Source: Microgenomates group bacterium ADurb.Bin219 (GTDB taxonomy: Bacteria; Patescibacteriota; Microgenomatia; UM-FILTER-40-11). Taken from it: DNA of 64,000 nucleotides. Positions 48,918 to 58,278 of the stretch are shown here, piece after piece; within the stretch, counting starts at the first letter, position 1; every line of letters starts with the position of its first letter. The stretch is from the NCBI GenBank assembly GCA_002069945.1, contig MWCH01000001.1, positions 90,923 through 154,922 of the forward strand, given 5' to 3'. A model generated the notes under the pieces. That model saw only the letters and a list, made by a program, of their open reading frames with translations, did not search any database and was not told the origin of the DNA. The position numbers and the translations under genes were made by a program.

Positions 48918-49706
48918 ATGACTTTAGGAAAAATAATTATCTTGGCGGTTCTTCAGGGAGTAACGGAATTTTTGCCGGTTTCTTCCTCCGGTCATTTATT
49001 GATCGCGCAAAAATTTTTTGATTTTTCCGGTGTTCCTTTGGCTTTTGATGTTTTGCTTCATTTGGGAAGCTTAATCGCGATTCTGTTTTTTTTTAGAATT
49101 GAAATAAAGAATCTTATAACGGGAAAGGATATTGACGGAAACTATAAAGAAAAAGAAAGAAAAAAAATATTTTTTTTGGTAATACTGGCTTCCTTGCCGG
49201 TGGTAGTTTCCGGTTTGTTTTTTAAGGAAAATCTTCCGCTTTTTTTTGAATCCCTAGGGGTGCTTGGGGTTTGTTTTTTAATCTCTGCCGCCTTGCTTTT
49301 TTCAACAAAACTGTTTGATAAAAAAAGAGGAAAAAAATTTGCGGAGATTTCCGTTTTTGATGCGTTGTTTGTCGGGTTGGTTCAGGCTTTGGCAATTTTG
49401 CCGGGGGTTTCCCGATCCGGAGCTACCATCGCCGCGGGAATTTGGTCCGGTTTTTCTTTGGTGGCGGCATTTGTTTTTTCCTTTCTATTGGCGATTCCGG
49501 CTATTGCCGGAGCCTTTCTTTTGGAATTACCAAAAGTAGCGGAGCAAAGCGGCGGCTGGCAATTCGGACTGATTGGGCTCTTTGTTTCCTCTCTGGCAAG
49601 TTTTTTTTCCTTAAAACTGCTGAAAAATTTACTGGAGAAAGAGAAACTATTTTGGCTGGGAGGGTATTGTTTATTGGTCGGGCTTGGCCTTCTCTTTTTC
49701 GGATAA
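48918..49706 (+). CDS. uppP: Undecaprenyl-diphosphatase (BacA/UppP)
   Basis: LQGVTEFLPVSSSGHL and PGVSRSGATI motifs. Confidence 0.92.
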   Translation: MTLGKIIILAVLQGVTEFLPVSSSGHLLIAQKFFDFSGVPLAFDVLLHLGSLIAILFFFRIEIKNLITGKDIDGNYKEKERKKIFFLVILASLPVVVSGLFFKENLPLFFESLGVLGVCFLISAALLFSTKLFDKKRGKKFAEISVFDALFVGLVQALAILPGVSRSGATIAAGIWSGFSLVAAFVFSFLLAIPAIAGAFLLELPKVAEQSGGWQFGLIGLFVSSLASFFSLKLLKNLLEKEKLFWLGGYCLLVGLGLLFFG

Positions 49707-49714
49707 GAAACTGA

Positions 49715-49723
49715 TGTTATAAT
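49715..49723 (+). promoter_or_regulatory. Extended -10 (TGTTATAAT) upstream of the 580-aa hypothetical gene
   Basis: TGnTATAAT at 49715-49723, 29 nt upstream of the ATG at 49752. Confidence 0.35.
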
Positions 49724-49751
49724 GAGGCCAGTTTAATTTTGACAATAAGCG

Positions 49752-51494
49752 ATGAATTCCATGACTTTATTTGAAAAAAAAGAAATTCCGGTTGAAAACG
49801 GGGAGTTGCCGGTTAAAACTTTAGAAGAAGAAAACAACCGGCAAAAAGAACCCGCCAATTCTGAACCGTTGTCCTATCCGATTGATAGACTGATCCGAAA
49901 ATACAGGGAAAGTCTTGCTCCCCGTTCAAGATCAGAGGTTGCGACCATCCACGTTGACGAGATTGCTTCCAAAATTGCTTTTTTTTACGAAAAGGTAAGA
50001 AAAATTATTGATTGGAAAGAGGATAATCTTTTGCGCCGGAATGCGATTGTGCGGATTTTAAAAAGAAATTTGGTCTCCGAAATTTCCAGTCTGAAATTTA
50101 TCAAGGTAGACATTAATAAAGTAGCCGAGCCTTTGGTTTTGGAGCTTATTCGCGGCGGCCATCTTCCTAACGACGAAGTTCCTGAAGAAAAAATTACCGA
50201 AGTGGATAAGGTCTTAAAAAAATATTTTTATATTCTTCAAAATGCTCCATTTTCAACTACCAATTCAAATTTTCTTGCCAAAAAGAAAATCAATTTCTTT
50301 GAGTGGATTTTGGAAGTAGCGGCTTGCGAGATTGAAGAAGTGTTGGCTTTTCCGGCAAAAGAAAATGCTTTGATTGAGACGATGACGGTCTTGATGAACG
50401 AAAGGATTAAGATTATTCCGGCGGACCGACTGACCGAAGAAGAGAAAATTATCCAAACTTATATTGCCGCCCATCGGACGCTTTACGATCTTGACGACGC
50501 GATTATCGCTTATCATCTTTTAAAATACCGATATCAGGAATGGACCAACCCTTCTGAAGATTTTGTCAAGGAAAAAACTCGGGACATATTTACGATTTGG
50601 GACGGGATTCAGGACGATTTGGTTCGGCCGATAAGAAAAGAATTTTTCGGTATTTGCGAAAGAACCGATACCAGCTTTACCCTTTTAGGTGATGTTTTGG
50701 ATTATTTTCAAAAGGAGCCGGAAAAACTGACTTCGGCCATAACTGACAGAAACAATTTTAAAGAATTATTGAGTAAGTTTTACCGGAAACGATTGGCGAC
50801 TTTAAAAAACCGTCTTTTTAAAATTGCCGTTTTTTCCAGTCTTTCCGTTTTTGTTTCCAATTGGTTTACCTACTTTATTGTGGAAGTGCCTTTGGCCTAT
50901 TTGTTTCTTGAAAGGTTCAGTTTATTGGCGGCAATTGTTGACTTTATTTTACCGACCTTGGCGATGTTTATTATTTTGATTGTCATTAAACCGCCGCCGG
51001 CAAGCAATCTGGAAAAGGTAATTGAGTTGACCAACAGTTTTGTTTATAAAAACGAAGAAAAAAAGATTTACGAAATCAAATTGGGGAAAAAGAGAAGACC
51101 ATTGACGAATTTTATTATTGCCATCATTTATCTGGTGGTAGCTTTAACTTTCTTTAGTTTTGTCGCTTGGGTTTTTTATCTGGCGAGGATTCCGGTTACT
51201 TCCATTGTTTTGGATACTTTAATGATTGCGATCAATATTTTTGCCGCTTTGGTTGTCAGAAACAAATCAAGAGAACTAACTGTGGAAGAAAAATCTTCCT
51301 TCGGTGAGTTTTTACTGGACATTATATCCATCCCGGCGGCCGAGGTTGGTTCCTGGTTGGGAAACAAATGGCGCGAATATAATATTGTCGGCGTTTTCTT
51401 TAATGTGGTCGTGGAAACTCCTTTTGTTTCCGTTGTGGAATTTGTTGAAGATTGGCGTAACTTCTTAAAAGAAAAGAAGGCAGAAATTCATTAG
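49752..51494 (+). CDS. Large hypothetical protein (580 aa): soluble N-terminal domain of about 330 aa plus a C-terminal 4-5 transmembrane bundle
   Basis: Long clean ORF; hydrophobic helices from about residue 345. No recognised catalytic motif. Confidence 0.5.
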   Translation: MNSMTLFEKKEIPVENGELPVKTLEEENNRQKEPANSEPLSYPIDRLIRKYRESLAPRSRSEVATIHVDEIASKIAFFYEKVRKIIDWKEDNLLRRNAIVRILKRNLVSEISSLKFIKVDINKVAEPLVLELIRGGHLPNDEVPEEKITEVDKVLKKYFYILQNAPFSTTNSNFLAKKKINFFEWILEVAACEIEEVLAFPAKENALIETMTVLMNERIKIIPADRLTEEEKIIQTYIAAHRTLYDLDDAIIAYHLLKYRYQEWTNPSEDFVKEKTRDIFTIWDGIQDDLVRPIRKEFFGICERTDTSFTLLGDVLDYFQKEPEKLTSAITDRNNFKELLSKFYRKRLATLKNRLFKIAVFSSLSVFVSNWFTYFIVEVPLAYLFLERFSLLAAIVDFILPTLAMFIILIVIKPPPASNLEKVIELTNSFVYKNEEKKIYEIKLGKKRRPLTNFIIAIIYLVVALTFFSFVAWVFYLARIPVTSIVLDTLMIAINIFAALVVRNKSRELTVEEKSSFGEFLLDIISIPAAEVGSWLGNKWREYNIVGVFFNVVVETPFVSVVEFVEDWRNFLKEKKAEIH

Positions 51495-51533
51495 TTTTGA
51501 CAACTTTCGCTGCCCTCTTCATAATATTAAGCA

Positions 51534-53081
51534 ATGCTGGCAAGAGTTTTTTCGGGAACAACGGTTGGGCTGGAGTCGGTTCCCATTGAAGTTGAAGTGG
51601 ATATCGCTTCGGGTGGTTTACCTTCTTTTACGATAGTCGGTTTGCCGGACAAGGCAGTCGAAGAAGCCAGGGAGAGAGTCAGATCGGCGATTAAAAATTC
51701 GGGTTGCAGTTTTCCGTCTCGAAAAATTACGGTAAATTTAGCTCCGGCCGATTTACCGAAAGCGGGCCCCTCCTTTGATTTACCGATTGCTTTGGGAATA
51801 TTATTGGCCGATAGGCAAATTTTAGCGGAAATTAAAGATTGCTTGGTTGTCGGTGAGTTGTCGCTGGACGGCTCTTTAAGGCATACGAACGGCGTTTTGG
51901 CGATGGCTCTTTTGGCCAAAGAAAAAAAATTCAAAAAAATATTTTTACCTCAAATAAACTCAAAAGAAGCGGCCATTATTAAAGGAGTGGCTGTCTATCC
52001 AGTTTCTTCGCTTTTGGATCTTTTTAAGCATTTAAACGGTCTGGAACAAATTGAAATTCAAAAAACGGTTTCTTTAAAGGAAGTCGGTTCCAAGATTGAT
52101 TACGAATTTGATTTTGCCGATATTGCCGGCCAGGAACATGCCAAAAGGGCAATGGAGATTGTAGCGGCTGGAGGCCACAACATTTTTTTGCGGGGAATTC
52201 CCGGTGCTGGAAAGACAATGATGGCGCGAGCCTTACCGGGAATCTTGCCGGATTTAACCGAAGAGGAAGCTTTGGAAGTGACCAAAATTTATTCCATTAC
52301 CGGCAATTTACCTCAAGGAGAATCTTTTATCGGTTTTCGTCCTTTTCGTAGTCCCCATCATACTACCAGCCGGATCGGATTAATCGGCGGAGGGACCCAT
52401 CCTCTACCGGGGGAAATTTCCTTAGCCCACCGCGGTGTTTTGTTTTTGGACGAATTTCCCGAGTTTCCCCGTCATGTTTTGGAATCTATCCGTCAGCCGA
52501 TGGAAGACGGCAGGGTGACCGTTTCCCGGGCGGCCGGCACTTTGACCTTTCCTGCCAAGTTTGTCCTCGTTGCCGCCTCCAATCCCTGCCCTTGCGGTTA
52601 TTTTGGTGACCCGAATAAAAAATGCCGTTGTTTGCCGGGAATGATCAGCCGTTATCAAAAAAGAATTTCCGGTCCGATTTTGGACCGGATTGATTTACAC
52701 CTTGAGTTATCGGCGGTTCAGGTAGAAAAGCTATCCCCACTTCGCCAGGGAGCTGCGGAAGGGCAGGCAGTAGAGAGTTCAAAAAAGATTAAAGGACGGG
52801 TGCAGAAGGCTAGGGATAGGCAAACAAAAAGATTTCGCGCGACCAAACTGATCTGCAATGCGGAAATGACGACCAAAGATGTTAAAGAATTCTGCCCGCT
52901 TTCGCAAGAATGTCTTAATCTTTTACATCAGGCGGTTTCCCAATTCCAACTTTCCGCCCGCTCTTATTTCCGGATGATAAAAGTAGCCAGAACCATTGCC
53001 GATTTGGCGGGAGAAAAAGAAATTTCGTTGGCTCATATTGCAGAGGCTTTACAATATAGACCAAAAACAGAAGAGATATGA
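51534..53081 (+). CDS. yifB: YifB/ComM-family Mg-chelatase-like AAA+ ATPase
   Basis: Lon-like N-terminus, Walker A GIPGAGKT, ChlI-type C-terminal domain. Confidence 0.9.
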   Translation: MLARVFSGTTVGLESVPIEVEVDIASGGLPSFTIVGLPDKAVEEARERVRSAIKNSGCSFPSRKITVNLAPADLPKAGPSFDLPIALGILLADRQILAEIKDCLVVGELSLDGSLRHTNGVLAMALLAKEKKFKKIFLPQINSKEAAIIKGVAVYPVSSLLDLFKHLNGLEQIEIQKTVSLKEVGSKIDYEFDFADIAGQEHAKRAMEIVAAGGHNIFLRGIPGAGKTMMARALPGILPDLTEEEALEVTKIYSITGNLPQGESFIGFRPFRSPHHTTSRIGLIGGGTHPLPGEISLAHRGVLFLDEFPEFPRHVLESIRQPMEDGRVTVSRAAGTLTFPAKFVLVAASNPCPCGYFGDPNKKCRCLPGMISRYQKRISGPILDRIDLHLELSAVQVEKLSPLRQGAAEGQAVESSKKIKGRVQKARDRQTKRFRATKLICNAEMTTKDVKEFCPLSQECLNLLHQAVSQFQLSARSYFRMIKVARTIADLAGEKEISLAHIAEALQYRPKTEEI

Positions 53082-53857
53082 CGCCAGTAGGAGTAAGAGA
53101 CAGAGATAGAGAAGATTTGGGGCAATTTTTTTTAGAGGATGAATCAATCTTACAAAAAATTGTGGATTTGGCGGAGATTCGTCCAAATGAAGTAGTCTTG
53201 GAAATCGGTGCCGGTGACGGCAGGATGACCAGATTACTGGCCGAAAAAGCAAAAAAAGTAATTGCCGTTGAAATCGACAAAAGATTTTCTTCGGATTTGA
53301 AAAAAATAGCCAAAAACGTAGAGGTAGTTATCCAAGATGCCCTGAAATATTTATCCGCCGATTCGAAAATCAAACTTGATATCGTTATCGGCAATCTTCC
53401 TTCCACTTTGGTGGAGCCGATTTTTCCCAAATTGATTAAAGTTAACTTCCGCTTGGCGATTTTCCTTGTTCCGGAAAAATTTGCTTACAAATTAAAAAGC
53501 CATTCGGTATTGGGCACTTATTTTGAAATTAAATTGATTGATAAAGTTGCCAAAAAATCGTTTTCGCCGGTTCCAAGAACGAATTGGAAAATAGTTTTAC
53601 TGGAAAAAGCAGCCGATCCGTCAAAAAGCGACCGACCGGATTTGTTTTTAACTCGTTTTGTTGCCGATCATCCCAAAGCCAAATTAAAAAATTCCTTGAT
53701 GGAGGGAATGATCAGGTGGTCGGCGGCTCAAGGAAAAATTATAACCAAAAACGAATCCCGAGAGTTAGTCGCCGGATTAAAAATTGAAAAAAAATATTTG
53801 GAGTCGGTTCCGAAGAACCTGTCAATCTTGGAAAAAATAATTTTTAAAAACTTCTAA
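53078..53857 (+). CDS. rsmA: 16S rRNA (adenine1518/1519-N6)-dimethyltransferase KsgA/RsmA
   Basis: LGQFFL.D......I......NEVVLEIGAGDGRMT. Confidence 0.85.
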   Translation: MTPVGVRDRDREDLGQFFLEDESILQKIVDLAEIRPNEVVLEIGAGDGRMTRLLAEKAKKVIAVEIDKRFSSDLKKIAKNVEVVIQDALKYLSADSKIKLDIVIGNLPSTLVEPIFPKLIKVNFRLAIFLVPEKFAYKLKSHSVLGTYFEIKLIDKVAKKSFSPVPRTNWKIVLLEKAADPSKSDRPDLFLTRFVADHPKAKLKNSLMEGMIRWSAAQGKIITKNESRELVAGLKIEKKYLESVPKNLSILEKIIFKNF

Positions 53858-53887
53858 AAACCCCCCGTTTCCGGAGGGTTTTTAATT
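53858..53887. terminator. Bidirectional terminator (AAAA-CCCCCCG-UUUC-CGGAGGG-UUUUU)
   Basis: Imperfect 7-bp GC-rich stem flanked by A- and T-tracts, between convergent rsmA and the small minus-strand gene. Confidence 0.5.
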
Positions 53888-53915
53888 TCTTTGCAAAACT
53901 TTACAAAGAAGCTTT

Positions 53916-54056
53916 TTACGCACCGATTTTGAACATTTTGGTGCCGCAGGAAGGACAAGTGCCTTTTTTGGCTTTCTTGCCGTTCTTCATGGTGACGACT
54001 TGCTCGTCCTTAGCTTCTCTTTTGGCGCGGCATTTAACACAATACATCGTGGTCAT
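53916..54056 (-). CDS. Small (46 aa) zinc-ribbon protein, DUF5679-like; absent from the ORF track
   Basis: Hand translation gives MTTMYCVKCRAKREAKDEQVVTMKNGKKAKKGTCPSCGTKMFKIGA*. Strong SD AGGGGGTG sits 8 nt upstream on the minus strand. Confidence 0.6.
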   Translation of the reverse strand: MTTMYCVKCRAKREAKDEQVVTMKNGKKAKKGTCPSCGTKMFKIGA

Positions 54057-54072
54057 TATTCTTCACCCCCTT

Positions 54073-54390
54073 TCAACCAAAATTTAAATTTATGGGCAGA
54101 TTAATATTAATGGCCGGTAATTTTATTTTACCCTGAAGTAGTAAAAACAAGGCTACCTCAAAGCTGATTGCCAGTATGGACAAGATTAAAGTCTTTGTCA
54201 AGTCCTTTTTAATTAATTGGACCGGATAGATATAGATTGATTGAGATTGTGCGGGGGAATTGGCGTTTAACCCAGGAGTAAAAATTGTTTTTTCTTCTTT
54301 TTGCGGAAGCGGCCGGCTAAAATTTTCCAGCGAAGAGATCTTTCTCCGGTAATCGGCAATAATTTTTTGCTTCTTGGTTTTTCTTGCCAT
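54073..54390 (-). CDS. Hypothetical protein (105 aa) with a C-terminal transmembrane helix
   Basis: ORF immediately upstream of and co-directional with the zinc-ribbon gene. Confidence 0.4.
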   Translation of the reverse strand: MARKTKKQKIIADYRRKISSLENFSRPLPQKEEKTIFTPGLNANSPAQSQSIYIYPVQLIKKDLTKTLILSILAISFEVALFLLLQGKIKLPAININLPINLNFG

Positions 54391-54457
54391 TATTAAAACA
54401 ATAACACAGTCTTTTGAAGCTGTCCAGCCTCAAAATATTATCGGCCAAAAACAGCAA

Positions 54458-54487
54458 TTGACATTCATTTATTAATTGACTTAAAAT
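54458..54487 (+). promoter_or_regulatory. TTGACA-18-TAAAAT promoter ending 8 nt before the ATG of the next gene (near-leaderless)
   Basis: -35 at 54458-54463, -10 at 54482-54487, ATG at 54496. Confidence 0.35.
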
Positions 54488-54495
54488 GGGTCAAG

Positions 54496-54981
54496 ATGTT
54501 ACTCAGTTCTGAAGCCGGCTTATTGATTTTCTTATTCCTTTTTGCCTGGCTTGCCGGGTTAACTTTTTTTGGCTTTCGTTTTTTCCGTTTCTTTAAGAGA
54601 CTGACGGCGAAAACAAGCGAAAAAGATTTAAAGTCCTTATTGGAAGAAATTTTGGGCCAAATAAAACTGGTAGACAAAGAAAAAGAAGAGTTGAAAGAAG
54701 GCCTGAAAAGGCTGGAAGATCAAAGCGTCTTTCATTTACAGAAAGTCGGTTTGGTCCGGTTTAATCCTTTTTCCGATACCGGCGGCAACCAAAGTTTTGT
54801 TCTGGCGCTTTTGGACGGAAACGATAACGGTTTGGTTATTACCGGTTTGCACAGTCGTGAACAAACCCGGATTTTTACCAAACCGGTGGAAAAAGGAAAA
54901 GAATTGGGGTACGAGTTTTCCAAGGAAGAAATTGAGGCAATTGTTAAAGCAAAAAAAAGCGACAATTTTAAAAAAAATTAA
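54496..54981 (+). CDS. DUF4446-like membrane-anchored protein (161 aa)
   Basis: N-terminal transmembrane helix, coiled-coil, then VGLVRFNPF.DTGGNQSF.LALLD..NG.VI..L..RE.TR. Confidence 0.5.
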   Translation: MLLSSEAGLLIFLFLFAWLAGLTFFGFRFFRFFKRLTAKTSEKDLKSLLEEILGQIKLVDKEKEELKEGLKRLEDQSVFHLQKVGLVRFNPFSDTGGNQSFVLALLDGNDNGLVITGLHSREQTRIFTKPVEKGKELGYEFSKEEIEAIVKAKKSDNFKKN

Positions 54982-55020
54982 AATCGATCAATATTAAATT
55001 AAATTGAGGAGCTTTAAATT

Positions 55021-56214
55021 ATGAAGAAAATTTCTTTATTGGTTTTTGTCGGCGTTTATTTGTTAACTACCGGAGTTTCTTTTGCAGTTTTTGACTTTTT
55101 GGGCAAACCTCAAGCCGAGGAGGTTTTGGTTTCTCCGGAAGTTACCAGCAAAAGTAAATTTGAGGCTTTGTTGGTTGGGCCAAAAGACCGGGAGTGTCCT
55201 TTAAACGGAGCCAAATTTACCCAAAAAGAAGAAGAGCTTTGGCAAGCGAGAAGACCGCTTTTGGTGATGATTGAAAATCACGCCGATTCCCGTCCGCAAT
55301 CGGGTCTTTCCCGGGCGGACGTGGTTTACGAGGCGATTGCCGAAGGAGCGATTGCCCGCTTTATGGCGGTTTTTTATTGCGGAACGGCGATTTATTCCGA
55401 GGAAGGTGAATACGATATCGGACCGGTTCGTTCGGCGAGAACCTATTTTCTTGATTGGGCTTCCGAATACGGCGACTATCCTTTATACGCCCATGTCGGC
55501 GGTGCCGGTCAGTGTTCCGATCCGACGGTTAATTCCAAAGCAAAAGCTTTGTGTCAACTGGAGCAGTATGGTTGGAAGAACAAAGGAACCTGGAGTGATC
55601 TGGATCAATTTTCTTTAGGTTTTAAAATTTGCCGACGGGAGCCGGATCGGACCGGTAAAACCGTGGCAACGGAACATTCCATGTATTGCGGCACTTATGC
55701 TCTTTGGAAAACGGCCGAAACCCGTGGGTTAACCAATTTGACCCTAAACAGCAAAAAACAAAATTCCTGGGATGTTAATTTTAAACAATGGCTTTTCAAA
55801 GATGATAGTCCTTCCGGAGAGGCGGTTTCTCCGGAATTCGAATTTTGGACCGACTACAAAGACTACGCGGTGAAATGGGAGTATGATGCCGCCGGTAACA
55901 ACTACAAAAGAATTAACGGTGGGGTTAGCCAGCAGGATTTTTACACCAAAGATTACCTGGTCGCCAAAAATATCGTTATTCAATTTATGAAAGAGACGGC
56001 CAATGTTGACGAGCATAAACATCTTTTGTACCAAACTACCGGCGAAGGAAAAGCAATTGTTTTTCAGGACGGCAAGGCGATTGTCGGCAAGTGGATTAAA
56101 AAAGACCGGACAAGCCGGACCCGTTTTGTTGACAGTTTGGGAAAAGAAATTCAATTCAACCGCGGCCAAATTTGGTTGGAGATTGTTCCGACAACTTCAA
56201 AAGTCAGTTATTGA
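55021..56214 (+). CDS. Secreted DUF3048 (YerB-like) protein
   Basis: Signal/transmembrane N-terminus, then PLLVMIENH.DSRPQSGLS.ADVVYEA.AEG.I.RFMAVFY. Confidence 0.65.
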   Translation: MKKISLLVFVGVYLLTTGVSFAVFDFLGKPQAEEVLVSPEVTSKSKFEALLVGPKDRECPLNGAKFTQKEEELWQARRPLLVMIENHADSRPQSGLSRADVVYEAIAEGAIARFMAVFYCGTAIYSEEGEYDIGPVRSARTYFLDWASEYGDYPLYAHVGGAGQCSDPTVNSKAKALCQLEQYGWKNKGTWSDLDQFSLGFKICRREPDRTGKTVATEHSMYCGTYALWKTAETRGLTNLTLNSKKQNSWDVNFKQWLFKDDSPSGEAVSPEFEFWTDYKDYAVKWEYDAAGNNYKRINGGVSQQDFYTKDYLVAKNIVIQFMKETANVDEHKHLLYQTTGEGKAIVFQDGKAIVGKWIKKDRTSRTRFVDSLGKEIQFNRGQIWLEIVPTTSKVSY

Positions 56215-56272
56215 GGTTGTTGTTTATAACTTATTTTGATGGAGGCAAACCGCCTCCGGCTGCCCGACGAGA

Positions 56273-56848
56273 ATGTTAAAAGATTTAATCATTTCAAAAG
56301 TTCGGGTAAAACTTCTGGAAATATTTTTTGCCCGGCCGAACGAGATTTACCACGTCAGGGATTTGGTCAGAAAAACCGAAGAGGAAATTAATGCGGTCAG
56401 AAGAGAACTTGCCCATATGGAGCAGGCGGGAATGGTTAAAAAAGAACCCCGCGGTAACCGGCTTTATTACTGGTTTAACAAAAACTATCTTTTTTATCCG
56501 GAACTGGCTTCAATAATGGCCAAAACTACCGGTCTGGGCAACGAAATCCTGAAAAACAAGAATAAAATCGGCCGGTTGAACTTTGTCATGTTTTCCGGAA
56601 AATTTGTCGGCAAGGCGGAAAGAAAACCAAATGAAGTTGATATCCTGGTTGTCGGAGAAGTTGTTATTCCGGAGTTGGCTGCCCTGATTAAAGCCGAAGA
56701 AAGCCGGACGCAAAAAGAAATTAATTATACGGTTATGACCCAGGAAGAGTTTTTGTTTCGGAAAAGAAGAAGAGATCCTTTTTTGATGGATGTTTTGGGT
56801 GGGAGCAGAGTCATGATTTACGGAGAAGAAAGCGATTTGGTCAGTTAG
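56273..56848 (+). CDS. Winged-helix transcriptional regulator with an uncharacterised C-terminal domain
   Basis: N-terminal helix-turn-helix-like region (RVKLLEIFFARPNEIYHVRDLVRKTEEEINAVRRELAHMEQAGMV). Confidence 0.5.
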   Translation: MLKDLIISKVRVKLLEIFFARPNEIYHVRDLVRKTEEEINAVRRELAHMEQAGMVKKEPRGNRLYYWFNKNYLFYPELASIMAKTTGLGNEILKNKNKIGRLNFVMFSGKFVGKAERKPNEVDILVVGEVVIPELAALIKAEESRTQKEINYTVMTQEEFLFRKRRRDPFLMDVLGGSRVMIYGEESDLVS

Positions 56849-56869
56849 CCGAATTTTAACTTCTTGCTT

Positions 56870-58210
56870 ATGAAAAGAAAAAATAATTTGTTTTGGCTGG
56901 TAATTTTTTTGACCGGTCTGGCAATTTTCATTGACCTGCCCGAAGAATTTAAGTTAAAAGGTCGCGTCGGAAGTAGGGAAATTAATTGGCAACTGAAAAA
57001 ACCCGAATTTAAATTTAAAATCGGCTCAAAAGAATTTAAAAAGGATTTAAAAATTGTCCAGGGTCTGGATTTACAGGGAGGAACCCATCTGGTTTTTGAG
57101 GCCCAAATGCAGTCCGTTCCCGAAACAGAAAAAGCAACGGCCTTGGAAGCGGCGAAAGTTAATATTGAAAGAAGAATCAACTATTTCGGCGTCAGCGAGC
57201 CGTTGATTCAAACGGCAAAAGTCGGTGATTCCCACCGGATCGTGGTGGAGATTGCCGGCGTAAAGGATATTAACCAGGCAATTGATTTGGTCGGGAAAAC
57301 GGCCCAATTGGAATTTTGGGAAGAAAACCCGGATCAGGAAGCGGCCAGCAAAAGCGGCGAGCTTTTTTTAAAAACAGACCTTACTGGCAAAGATTTAACC
57401 CGTTCCTCTGTTCAATTTGATCAACAAACCGGTCAGCCGGTTGTCAGTTTGGAGTTTTCCGCTGAGGGAGGAAACAAGTTTGAAAAAATTACAGAAAGAA
57501 ATATCGGCAAGATCGTGGCGATTTTTTTGGACGGGATGCCGGTTTCCACTCCGCGGGTAGAGGAAAAAATTACCGGCGGAAGCGCAGTTATCCGGGGAGA
57601 ATTTGACGTTAACGAAGCGAAAAAACTTTCAATTCAATTAAACGCCGGCGCCTTGCCGGTTCCGATAAAAATTATTGAACAAAAAAACATCGGCGCGACC
57701 TTGGGAGAAGAATCGATTCGGAAAAGTATTACCGCCGGCTTGGTCGGGATTCTCTTGGTTATTCTTTTTATGTGGCTGGTTTATGGTCGGTTGGGAATTT
57801 TAGCCAATCTTGCCTTGATCATTTACGGTCTTTGGACCCTGGCTTTGTATAAAATTATTCCCATTACCTTGTCCTTGCCGGGAATTGCCGGCTTTTTGCT
57901 TTCCATCGGGATGGCAGTTGATTCCAATATTCTGGTTTTTGAAAGAATGAAAGAAGAAACCAGGTCGGGCAAACCTTTGCCGGTCGCCATGGAATTGGGC
58001 TTTGGCCGGGCTTGGGATTCAATCCGAGACGCCAATATCACCACTTTAATTACCGCTTTTATCTTATACAATCCTTTTAATTGGGGTTTTTTGAATAACT
58101 CGGGAATGGTCAGGGGATTTTCCCTGACCTTGGTTTTGGGAACAGCCCTTTCTTTGTTTACGGGAATTGTGGTGACAAGGACGTTAATAAGAGTATTCTA
58201 TAGAGGTTAG
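56870..58210 (+). CDS. secD: Protein translocase subunit SecD (ATG at 56870; TTG at 56864 in the ORF track)
   Basis: Large periplasmic domain plus six-transmembrane C-terminal core. Confidence 0.92.
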   Translation: MKRKNNLFWLVIFLTGLAIFIDLPEEFKLKGRVGSREINWQLKKPEFKFKIGSKEFKKDLKIVQGLDLQGGTHLVFEAQMQSVPETEKATALEAAKVNIERRINYFGVSEPLIQTAKVGDSHRIVVEIAGVKDINQAIDLVGKTAQLEFWEENPDQEAASKSGELFLKTDLTGKDLTRSSVQFDQQTGQPVVSLEFSAEGGNKFEKITERNIGKIVAIFLDGMPVSTPRVEEKITGGSAVIRGEFDVNEAKKLSIQLNAGALPVPIKIIEQKNIGATLGEESIRKSITAGLVGILLVILFMWLVYGRLGILANLALIIYGLWTLALYKIIPITLSLPGIAGFLLSIGMAVDSNILVFERMKEETRSGKPLPVAMELGFGRAWDSIRDANITTLITAFILYNPFNWGFLNNSGMVRGFSLTLVLGTALSLFTGIVVTRTLIRVFYRG

Positions 58211-58278
58211 AGGACAGAGCAAGAGGGAAGAGAAAATTTATTTTTGCTCTATTCTCTTTTACTCTTTCGCTCTAAAGT

